A model generated the notes under the pieces. It had not been told where the DNA came from, ran no database searches, and was given only the letters and a program-made list of their open reading frames with translations. Shown here in pieces: positions 7,735-15,354 of a stretch of 17,266 nucleotides of DNA. Position 1 is the first letter of the stretch. Each line of letters opens with the position of its first letter. Made by a program: the position numbers and the translations under genes. Source of the DNA: Chlamydiia bacterium (lineage in GTDB: Bacteria > Chlamydiota > Chlamydiia > Chlamydiales > JBMOFD01); NCBI GenBank assembly GCA_049314435.1, contig JBMOFD010000037.1, positions 1 through 17,266 of the forward strand, in the 5' to 3' direction.

Positions 7735-9615
7735 ATGTCTTCATCTGGAAGCAACGGAGGAATCCCAAGCTATGCTCGGCCCTTCTATGCGCAAATCCTC
7801 GAGGAAGAGACGCTGAAGTGGAATAAATGGTCACCTAACAAGCGGGCAGAACAGTCGGTTGAGGCTCTAGCCCTCCGCCGTCTATCCGACTACCAGGACT
7901 TGGTCCGAGATCCACTGAAAGCCATGCCCCTGACTGACCCCGCTCAAATCCCGGCTGTCGCTGCGCGTCTGCAGGAGGTGGCCTCCTTTGCCTCCCTTGA
8001 CCCCAGTGGGCTTCCCATTGATTGTAAAAAAGCCTTTGAAAGGCTCCTTGAAATAGAGCGTGATGCCGATCAATATGTGCCCCGGAACCAGGTCGATGTC
8101 TTTCGCCAATTCGTAGAGGGTGAAATAGCCGAGTATGGCAGGGAACTGCTTAATCCGGCTTTGGCCGGCCAAGTCCTTAAGAGCGGGACCGAGGCTGCGC
8201 AGCGACGCCAGGTGCTGGCTCACCAGACGCCCGAGGAGAAGGATGAACAGCGCAAGGAGCTAGAACGTCACCGGGCAGCCCAACAGGCGATCCCACAAAC
8301 ATTAGGACTTACCCTAGAACAGTTTGATGCACGAGTGGCTGCCGAGATGCACGCTATTGATGCTGAGGCCAGGATGCGCCTTCGTGCTTACCGTCCGGAA
8401 CAAGAGCTACAGGCTCTGTTAAACTCTCCCTATCCAGAAGATGTGCGAGAAGCAATACGCTCCGTAGAAAACAGCCTGCGGCAATCACTCATAGACCGTC
8501 CGATTGAAGGGCTCCGCCCCGCCGATGTGGAGTATCTCAATGGGACCCACGTTGCCCTACGGTCTCTATTGCTAAGTGAGTATCGACGTCTGGATGCCTG
8601 GGGATATACTCTAGCGGCTGTTCTCTCGAGCACCCCAGAGGGGGTCGGACCCGTTAATTTTGCTGACCTGATTCGTGTCGCCGCAACAGCCATGATGAGA
8701 GCGCACAGCGCGAGCGAGATCGACGATTCTGACTGGCAGTTGACCTCTGCCCTGATGTTCCAAGAACAAGGACATGGGTTGAGCGGTCTCCCGGGTTCCC
8801 CGGAGAACCTAAGTGCTCCATTACGGTCCGAGCTGGCCGTGGTAGCCCAAGCCCAACTGGAAGCAAGGCTACAGTCTCTTGGGAATAGGGGGGCAGCCCT
8901 CAAGCCTCTCTTGGAAGCCTTCCCAGTGGAAGGGCTGACGAGGAATGATTTGTCGCTTCTAAGCCAGATGCCGTCCGGAAGCGCTGCCGACCGGCTGCGT
9001 AGAGGTAAGGCTCTTTTCGATGCAGGATATACCTTGGGAGCTCTTCGTGCAGCTATACAGCGACATTCCGAGATACCAATGCTTTGCGATCCAGGCGAAC
9101 TCATCCGAGTAGGTGAGATGGCTCAGGCTAGAGGGCACGAGCCCGGGCAAGTCGACTCTACTGACTGGATCCTAGATAAGGCAAAACATATATTTCCCGC
9201 GCCCTATAACTATTGGCCAGCCGAGAGCGACGAACTGCAGGCTGAGCTAGCTTTGCTAGTTCGGAGAGATGTGCAAGCCAAGCTTTTAACGCTTGGGAAT
9301 GCGGGCGAGGCTCTGCGCACGCTCTTGGAGCAGCACCCCACAGAATGGCTCTCTGTGGCTGACGCTTCGTATCTATGTGCGATGAGCCCACAAAGGGCCG
9401 CTGATTTGCTCGCTAGATATGAGAGCCTTCGCAAAGACGGGTATACGCTGCCCCGACTTCGCGCGTGCGATCCCCGCTTGCCTACAGGTCGTCCAAGCAT
9501 TGGTGACATCGTTGCCGTGGGGGAAGCGGCAAGGCGTCAAGGAATCAACCCTGCCGATGTCAGGACGGCCGACTGGTTTTCAGCATGGAGGGCCCGGGAT
9601 CCGGATACACAATAG
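7735..9615 (+). CDS. Hypothetical helical protein with three ~140-aa internal repeats (candidate effector)
   Basis: ATG 7735 follows SD GAGGTG (7725-7730). N-terminus is MSSSGSNGGIPS. A repeated PxE[GW]L...GYTL...[DE][LI][IV][RA]V[AG]...DW pattern occurs three times. Confidence 0.75.
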   Translation: MSSSGSNGGIPSYARPFYAQILEEETLKWNKWSPNKRAEQSVEALALRRLSDYQDLVRDPLKAMPLTDPAQIPAVAARLQEVASFASLDPSGLPIDCKKAFERLLEIERDADQYVPRNQVDVFRQFVEGEIAEYGRELLNPALAGQVLKSGTEAAQRRQVLAHQTPEEKDEQRKELERHRAAQQAIPQTLGLTLEQFDARVAAEMHAIDAEARMRLRAYRPEQELQALLNSPYPEDVREAIRSVENSLRQSLIDRPIEGLRPADVEYLNGTHVALRSLLLSEYRRLDAWGYTLAAVLSSTPEGVGPVNFADLIRVAATAMMRAHSASEIDDSDWQLTSALMFQEQGHGLSGLPGSPENLSAPLRSELAVVAQAQLEARLQSLGNRGAALKPLLEAFPVEGLTRNDLSLLSQMPSGSAADRLRRGKALFDAGYTLGALRAAIQRHSEIPMLCDPGELIRVGEMAQARGHEPGQVDSTDWILDKAKHIFPAPYNYWPAESDELQAELALLVRRDVQAKLLTLGNAGEALRTLLEQHPTEWLSVADASYLCAMSPQRAADLLARYESLRKDGYTLPRLRACDPRLPTGRPSIGDIVAVGEAARRQGINPADVRTADWFSAWRARDPDTQ

Positions 9616-9867
9616 AAGTTAGCGCGGTCGCCGAACGCCGCTGTGCGTAAACAGACGCCTGAGGAAAAGGAGAACCAGCGTAAGGAGCTGGAACGTCACC
9701 GGGCAGCCCAGCAGACGATCCCACAGACCTTAGGGCTTGCCCAGGAACAGTTTGATGCACAACTGGCTGCTGAGATAGAGGCTGTTGCACAACAGGACGC
9801 TGCTCAGCCTCAGGCGGTAATGCAAGAGCACCGGCACTGGCTGCTGTTGTACAACAACAGGCTGTAG
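9616..9867 (+). pseudogene. Paralogous fragment of the upstream gene, in frame behind its TAG stop
   Basis: 9652-9777 encodes 42 aa, 34 of them identical to those encoded by 8224-8349. There is no evident SD, and the 3' part appears frameshifted. Confidence 0.6.
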
Positions 9868-9950
9868 ATCCTGAGCCTCTCGGCTTAAGCATATGACCGG
9901 GATCTCGCGCCTTAGAGGCCCTGCAGGTCGCCACTAGCGGGCCTCGTCGC

Positions 9951-11039
9951 CTAGGCCCGCTGAGGGTTGCGCCGAAAGTCGGATACCAATTCGACTAACT
10001 CGTCAGACGGAGTGACACCTATCGCCGTTTCCATGGCCTCCACAAATTCATCGCGCAACACCAGCCAAGTATCCCGTCCATAGCGGCCATCTTGGGGGTC
10101 TAGGCTTTCCAAATGCCTAGACTTCAGTTGCCCGAGAGCGTCTGGGCGTAAGGCAGCCTCGTAGGGATTATTGACCCGAACGAGAAGTTGCGCTGAGATG
10201 GTTCCCTTGAGTCTAATTGGAATGTCCATGCAACGGCTCACGCTCCGATTGGCATACCAAGCATCCTGGTCGTTTTGATTTCGTTTTCCAACTCTAGGGC
10301 TGACGAAAATGCCCTGTCCATGTTCTCCAGGGTAGCCCTGATTGCGCCCGGCAAGAAAATCTCTTAAAAACCAGAGCCCTCCACCATGAGTGACCTTGAT
10401 GTCCGATGCTGAGGAAGAATAGGGGCCTCTCTGAGGTTCTGAAGGATCAGCGTTCTGTCGCGAAGGTGTTAAGCCTGCCTCTACCTCATCCTGCGCCTGC
10501 CATTCCTTGAACGCCCCCCGGGTAAGATTGGCAAGGTCGGTGATGGGAATGCCCTCACGATCCAGCGTATTTAGGAGTGCCTTACGAATAGGCGTATCCC
10601 ACATGTCGTATCCTCTTAACGGACCAACTAGGCAATAGCCAAGCCATCTCAAGGCAGCTCTGTTATGGGTCAACTGGGCCCTAATTATGCAGGACTCAAC
10701 GAGTCGATCGAATGCTCCACTGTGAAGTTCTTTCCTAGGGACATCCTTGATCTTCTTGATTGCAAAGTAGAGAGGGAGCTTGTTCTCAGGGAGGTCATCC
10801 AGCTTCTGCTCTTTGAGGCGCGTACGTGCCCGATGCCCTGACCACGCCTTGGAAATAATCCGTGCTGCCTGATCCTTTTGAACAGCAGGGGTACGAATGC
10901 CGGACCCAGCGTTGGAAAAGGCCGCCCGTGCGAGGCGCGCGGCATCCCCTTGGGCAGGCTTCGATGATTGCCCTGCCCCCGAATGGCTCGGTGCATAAAT
11001 GGGTGGCCCCGAGACGCCTGCTTGAATGCCGTTTGTCAT
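9951..11039 (-). CDS. Hypothetical protein with an IQ-like motif and putative ADP-ribosyltransferase-like C-terminal domain (candidate effector)
   Basis: ATG 11039 follows SD GGAGG (11045-11049). Low-complexity G/S/P/A-rich N-terminus. Motifs AARIISKAWSGHRARTRLK, then VTHGGG...GIFVSP...AWYA...PYEAAL. Confidence 0.7.
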   Translation of the reverse strand: MTNGIQAGVSGPPIYAPSHSGAGQSSKPAQGDAARLARAAFSNAGSGIRTPAVQKDQAARIISKAWSGHRARTRLKEQKLDDLPENKLPLYFAIKKIKDVPRKELHSGAFDRLVESCIIRAQLTHNRAALRWLGYCLVGPLRGYDMWDTPIRKALLNTLDREGIPITDLANLTRGAFKEWQAQDEVEAGLTPSRQNADPSEPQRGPYSSSASDIKVTHGGGLWFLRDFLAGRNQGYPGEHGQGIFVSPRVGKRNQNDQDAWYANRSVSRCMDIPIRLKGTISAQLLVRVNNPYEAALRPDALGQLKSRHLESLDPQDGRYGRDTWLVLRDEFVEAMETAIGVTPSDELVELVSDFRRNPQRA

Positions 11040-11226
11040 GCTATCCTCCGAATCTAACATCCATTTTAGATGTTAAATAATTTTTTTAGATAAAGATTCG
11101 GGCGGAAATGTGGGTGGGGTAACCCCTAAAGGGCGCTTTTGGGAGGGGAATTGGCTAGTAGATCGGGGTTATGAGGACCCCACTGTCAACGTGGTGTTCT
11201 CAACCTTGTTTGGGCTATGGGGTCCA

Positions 11227-11475
11227 TCAAATTCCCAGCTTCTCGAAGAGGTCGTCGATACTATCGGCTTTGATGAGATCCTCACCACGCTCGACCTGCT
11301 CGATCGCCTTCAGAGTTTCTAGGTTGGGAGTATTGGAGCTGTATAGCTGCGCTTGGATCCATTCCAGGACGATTTCCTGCATAGTCTGACCACGTAGAGT
11401 GGCTAGAGCTTTGAGTCTTCGGAGAGCCTCTTCTGGCATGTCTATCGTAAGACGTAATGAGCGCCTAGTGGGCAT
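11227..11475 (-). CDS. Ribbon-helix-helix antitoxin-like protein (DinJ/RelB-type C-terminus), orphan
   Basis: N-terminal RHH pattern RLTIDMPEEALRRLKALATLRGQTMQEIV. C-terminal PNLETLKAIEQVERGEDLIKADSIDDLFEKLGI resembles DinJ/RelB tails. SD GGAG lies within the end of the upstream gene. Confidence 0.75.
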   Translation of the reverse strand: MPTRRSLRLTIDMPEEALRRLKALATLRGQTMQEIVLEWIQAQLYSSNTPNLETLKAIEQVERGEDLIKADSIDDLFEKLGI

Positions 11476-11476
11476 G

Positions 11477-12157
11477 TTAGGCTCCGTCTATTGTCTTGCT
11501 AGGAGCCGGTGGGGGAGCCTTCGCACTCGAAAGCAACTCCAGACTACGCCGCACCCCCAGTCGTTCGATCTCCACGTAATAGGGGATATAGCCGAGGTGC
11601 GGGTCTGTGAGAGAGGGTAGGTAGGCTGTGAGCTGGCTGCCCGCTAACTCTGAATCATCTGGAGGCCAGGAAGCCTGTACCACGGCGCAGTCTGGATCCT
11701 GGCGAGCGAGAGTAGGACGCCATACGCTGCGCTGGTCTGGCATGCCATTGCGTGGAGCTGGACCTCTTCGTCGCTGCTTCTCTAAGGACACTGGTTCCCA
11801 GGTCAAGTCGAGCAGCTGCTGGAAGAGGAGCGCTATCACCTGATCCTGTGAGCGCTCCTCTTTGGATCGAGTCACACAGAGGCGTGACCATCGTACCTGT
11901 GAGTCGTACAGGGAGGGAGGCTGACAAGCTTCCGCATCAAGGGCTGTTTCATAAACCCAGATCCGCTGACCTTGAGGGAGAAATCTCCAGCAGAGAAGAT
12001 CCCCATCCAGACGCACAATCGCCCAGTCTCCAGCCCGACAGGTGCCGAGACGATCCAGAAGCAGTGGTTCGCTCGCTCCCAGGTACGTTCCACACAGAAC
12101 CATGCCCACGAGGCCTCCAAACGAAGAACGGAGGAAAGAACCAAGCCACGCCATCAT
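11477..12157 (-). CDS. Exported hypothetical protein resembling a Chlamydiota-conserved family
   Basis: Signal-peptide-like N-terminus ending ...MVLCGTYLGA|SE. Motifs RRRGPAP..G.PD.R.VW.P, WPPDDSELAG and YIPYYVEI are recalled from chlamydial hypotheticals (unverified). It sits tightly between two co-oriented genes. Start could be 12160 (TTG), 12157 or 12154. Confidence 0.65.
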   Translation of the reverse strand: MMAWLGSFLRSSFGGLVGMVLCGTYLGASEPLLLDRLGTCRAGDWAIVRLDGDLLCWRFLPQGQRIWVYETALDAEACQPPSLYDSQVRWSRLCVTRSKEERSQDQVIALLFQQLLDLTWEPVSLEKQRRRGPAPRNGMPDQRSVWRPTLARQDPDCAVVQASWPPDDSELAGSQLTAYLPSLTDPHLGYIPYYVEIERLGVRRSLELLSSAKAPPPAPSKTIDGA

Positions 12158-12165
12158 CAAGCAAC

Positions 12166-13308
12166 CTAAGCCGGGTTCAGGTTCTGGAAGGGAGACAGGA
12201 ACCGGCCATCTTTCATGAGCAGTTCCCCGTCCACCTTGATGGTGCCGCCCTTGCGTAAATCGCAGACTAAGTCCCAGTGGAGAGAGGAGACGTTCTTGTT
12301 GCCGGTCTGTGGATAGCCCGCACCCACAGCGAGGTGGAATGTACCGCCGATCTTTTCATCGAAGAGGGTGTTCTTAGAAAACGTCTGGATCCCAAAGTTG
12401 GTGCCAATGGCGATCTCACCCACAGAACGAGCTCCCTGGTCCATATCCAGAGCAGCGATCAGAAACTCTAGGCCCTTATCGGCGTGCGCTTCCACGACAC
12501 GTCCATGCTCAAACCGGAAGACCACGCCCTCGACTTCTCGACCACAATGCACGCCAGGGAAGGAGAAGCGCACCGTGCCCTTCACTCCTCCATATGGGCC
12601 ATCCAGATTCGGTCCAGTGAAGACCTCCCCATCAGGGAAGTTACGGAGGCCACAGCAGTTCACCCAACGCATGCCCGCGACATCCACCGTGAGATCAGTG
12701 CCCTCTGGAGTCCAGAAGTGGAGTTCCTTGGCGTGATCGAGTCGTTCGACGAGAGCCTGCTGGCGAGTCCCAAAGGCCTTCCAGTAGGCCACTGGATCGT
12801 CCAGCTCCAACTGACCAGCGGCCACCAGGAATGCTTCATACTCACGCAGGCTCATGTCGGCATCTTGAGCAGCTGACTCTGTAGGAGTCTGCGTGCCAAC
12901 CCACTTGAGAGCACCCGTTGCGGCTCGATCCATGAAGGTCTGGAAGATCTGCTTCCGTCCCCGCTGCATCATGGCCACTCGTGCTGGGGCGGCCCCAGCT
13001 AGGTAGCGCGTATTGCTTTCTCTCCAAAGAGAAATAGAAGCATCGATGGTTTCGCTCTCAAACTGAAGAAAAGGGGAGTGCCAGGAGAGCTGCTCTTCTG
13101 TGCCATGTTCAATGAGGATGCGTTCCCAATCCTTGGGCATTAAACGGACATGGGGGAAGGCGCCTTTGCGTATGACCGCTTCATAGATCGCTTCCAAAAG
13201 ATCCATGCCCACCGGATCGGCCACTAAGCGGCAGATCTGACCGGCGCGTAAGCCCACACTGTAATCTACAAGAATGCTAGCCCAACGATCTAACAGTGCT
13301 GAACGCAT
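12166..13308 (-). CDS. Aminopeptidase, peptidase family M29 (AmpS/AmpT/PepS type)
   Basis: Metal-ligand motifs NFPDGEVFTGP, GEIAIGTN, LFDEKIGGTFHLAVGAGY and NVSSLHWDLV. SD GGAGG upstream. Confidence 0.95.
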   Translation of the reverse strand: MRSALLDRWASILVDYSVGLRAGQICRLVADPVGMDLLEAIYEAVIRKGAFPHVRLMPKDWERILIEHGTEEQLSWHSPFLQFESETIDASISLWRESNTRYLAGAAPARVAMMQRGRKQIFQTFMDRAATGALKWVGTQTPTESAAQDADMSLREYEAFLVAAGQLELDDPVAYWKAFGTRQQALVERLDHAKELHFWTPEGTDLTVDVAGMRWVNCCGLRNFPDGEVFTGPNLDGPYGGVKGTVRFSFPGVHCGREVEGVVFRFEHGRVVEAHADKGLEFLIAALDMDQGARSVGEIAIGTNFGIQTFSKNTLFDEKIGGTFHLAVGAGYPQTGNKNVSSLHWDLVCDLRKGGTIKVDGELLMKDGRFLSPFQNLNPA

Positions 13309-13329
13309 TGTGCCTCCATGATAGGCTCC

Positions 13330-13360
13330 ATTATAGCTGCTTCCAGGATAGAGGTGTCAC
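13330..13360 (-). promoter_or_regulatory. Possible sigma70/sigma66-type promoter for the aminopeptidase operon
   Basis: Perfect TATAAT on the minus strand (13330-13335) with GTGACA (13355-13360). The 19-nt spacer is longer than optimal. Confidence 0.4.
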
Positions 13361-13362
13361 TC

Positions 13363-14718
13363 GTGAGCGTCACAACACAAGATGCACTTCCTCTACTGAT
13401 CGATCTCTATGAACTCGTCATGGCACAGGGTTATTTAGAGAGCGAGATGGCTTCATGGGAAGGCGTATTCCACGCTTTCTATCGACGTCTTCCTCATCAC
13501 TGTCATGTTGTGGTCAGTGCCGGCCAGCCCCTTGTCTGTGATTGGCTGCAGCAGGTGCAGTTTCGGTCAGAGCATCTGGAATACTTGGGATCTCTACAGC
13601 GTGCCGATGGCACACCTCTCTTCAAGGCTTGGTTCCTCGAGCGACTGAGGACGCTACAATGGGAGCTCACCATCGATGGCGTCGAGGAGGGGACCTTAAT
13701 GCTACCTCACGTGCCCATGATGCGGGTACATGGTCCCCTGTGGCAGGCTCAGCTAGTGGAGTCAGCCCTTCTGAATCAACTCAACTTCTCCAGCCTAGTG
13801 GCGACCTATGCCGCCCACCTGCAACGAGTAGCTCAAGATAAGCCCATCCTAGAATTTGGGCTTAGACGCGCTCAGGGACCTAATGGAGCCATCTCAGCCA
13901 GCCGAGCTGCCGTCCTCGGTGGCTGTGCGGCCACCAGCAACGTGGCTGCTGGGTTCCTCTACGATCTGCCGGTCTTTGGTACCATGGCCCACAGCTGGGT
14001 CATGGCCCTAGGCGATGAGCAGAAGGCATTCGATCTGATGGCCGATCTCTACCCGGAGGGGACGATCCTCTTGCTGGATACATTCGACCATCGTTCGGGC
14101 ACGCAGCATGCGATCCAAACTGCCCTTAGGCTAAAGCAGAAGGGGAAGTCCCTGCGAGGGGTTCGGCTCGACTCCGGCGATCTCCACCAAGAAACCGTTC
14201 ATGTTCGTGCCGAACTGGATCGAGCAGGGTTGCAAGATCTGCAGATTGTGATCTCTAGCGATCTCGATCTCCTGAAGGTGAGGCAGTTGGTTGAGCTAGG
14301 GACGCCTTGTCAGGCTTTCGGAGTGGGAACGGCTCTTGCGACTGCCGTCCACGATCCTCACCTGACAGGGGTATATAAACTAGGAGCAGTGCGGAGTTCG
14401 CCCACCTCACCATGGACGGCTTGTGTGAAGCAGTCCGATGATCCTCAGAAGGCCTCCAAGGGCTGGATCCTCGAGCCCTATCGCTGCCGCAATGCCGAGG
14501 GAATGTGGGTCTCAGACCAGATCGATCGAGTCGCCTCGTGGCCGACGGTGTCTCAGAGACCTCAGGTGGAACAGGGTGTTCGATGTGAGCCTCTCTTTCA
14601 TCGATGGATGGAAAGGGGACAGCTGGTGCGAGAAGAAATCGCTGTCGCTGCCGTCCGTCAGCAGGTGATGGCCTCCATGAGGGCGTGGACTGAGGCGCCT
14701 GCTGTCCGAGGACGATAG
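13363..14718 (+). CDS. pncB: Nicotinate phosphoribosyltransferase
   Basis: GTG 13363 after SD GAGGTG. Motifs: DLYELVM, EFGLRRAQG, ATSNV, GTMAHSWV (phospho-His), LLDTFD, GVRLDSGDL, FGVGT, GVYKL. Confidence 0.95.
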   Translation: MSVTTQDALPLLIDLYELVMAQGYLESEMASWEGVFHAFYRRLPHHCHVVVSAGQPLVCDWLQQVQFRSEHLEYLGSLQRADGTPLFKAWFLERLRTLQWELTIDGVEEGTLMLPHVPMMRVHGPLWQAQLVESALLNQLNFSSLVATYAAHLQRVAQDKPILEFGLRRAQGPNGAISASRAAVLGGCAATSNVAAGFLYDLPVFGTMAHSWVMALGDEQKAFDLMADLYPEGTILLLDTFDHRSGTQHAIQTALRLKQKGKSLRGVRLDSGDLHQETVHVRAELDRAGLQDLQIVISSDLDLLKVRQLVELGTPCQAFGVGTALATAVHDPHLTGVYKLGAVRSSPTSPWTACVKQSDDPQKASKGWILEPYRCRNAEGMWVSDQIDRVASWPTVSQRPQVEQGVRCEPLFHRWMERGQLVREEIAVAAVRQQVMASMRAWTEAPAVRGR

Positions 14719-14824
14719 TGGTCCCTTCTGGATGGACTTTCTTCCGATTCCTTCCTAAAGCCTGGCCGCCATCCCCACCGATCCCTCATACTATTCCCGC
14801 GACCTCCAAGAGGGGAAAATTACC

Positions 14825-15340
14825 ATGGGAATGGAACAATCAAGGGCTTTGACCTATGGTTTGGTGTCGACCCCGCGGACACCGATTGAGGGCGATCAAA
14901 TTGCCCTCTCGGTTCACTGGAAGGGAAGAAAGATCACAGCGGGTGGACAGAGGATTGAGCAGGTGCAGCTTCTCTTTGACGAGGCGCTGCTCTACGGCAA
15001 TCTCATACCGGGCGTTCCCCTCAGGGTGCCAGCTGGAGACGTAGGTTCCGCACTGGCTTTTACGGTCGCGGGAAGCGATCACCCATGCCAGGCGGTCCAT
15101 ATCGACATCGCACAGGTGCTGCGCCTAGAAGTTGAATTCCAGGTTGACTCACAGCAGAGTGCCAGTGGCAGTCGCAAAGTGAAACTGCTCTGTCCAGCAA
15201 AGATCGAGCCCAGGCAAGCCTACCGGATTTTGTGTGCAGTGTTGGATCGTGGTCCGATCGCCACCCTGCAGAAGGTTCCCCAAGAAAGGAAGCTAGAGAT
15301 CCAAGGGGTCTCTGGAGAAGGTAGTTCAGGCTCACACTGA
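14825..15340 (+). CDS. Hypothetical beta-rich protein, tandem paralog A, with N-myristoylation-like N-terminus (MGMEQSR)
   Basis: Purine-rich SD GAGGGG 9 nt upstream. It aligns by eye with the next ORF: W.GR.[IV]TA, IE.V.L.F, V.L..PA.IE, YRI.C, ATL..V. Confidence 0.75.
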   Translation: MGMEQSRALTYGLVSTPRTPIEGDQIALSVHWKGRKITAGGQRIEQVQLLFDEALLYGNLIPGVPLRVPAGDVGSALAFTVAGSDHPCQAVHIDIAQVLRLEVEFQVDSQQSASGSRKVKLLCPAKIEPRQAYRILCAVLDRGPIATLQKVPQERKLEIQGVSGEGSSGSH

Positions 15341-15354
15341 TCAGGGAGTGTCGT

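Noticed and set aside
8430..9104. 224-aa antisense ORF
   Set aside because: It is a shadow of the repeat-containing plus-strand gene, whose internal repeats support the plus frame.
9613..9615. Genome-wide amber (TAG) recoding
   Set aside because: ileS, udk, the aminopeptidase and pncB end in TAG at roughly their expected C-termini, and no conserved gene has an internal TAG.
11113..11226. Several imperfect hairpins downstream of the orphan antitoxin
   Set aside because: The stems are mismatched and lack a proper U-tract on the minus strand, so neither a terminator nor an ncRNA can be called.
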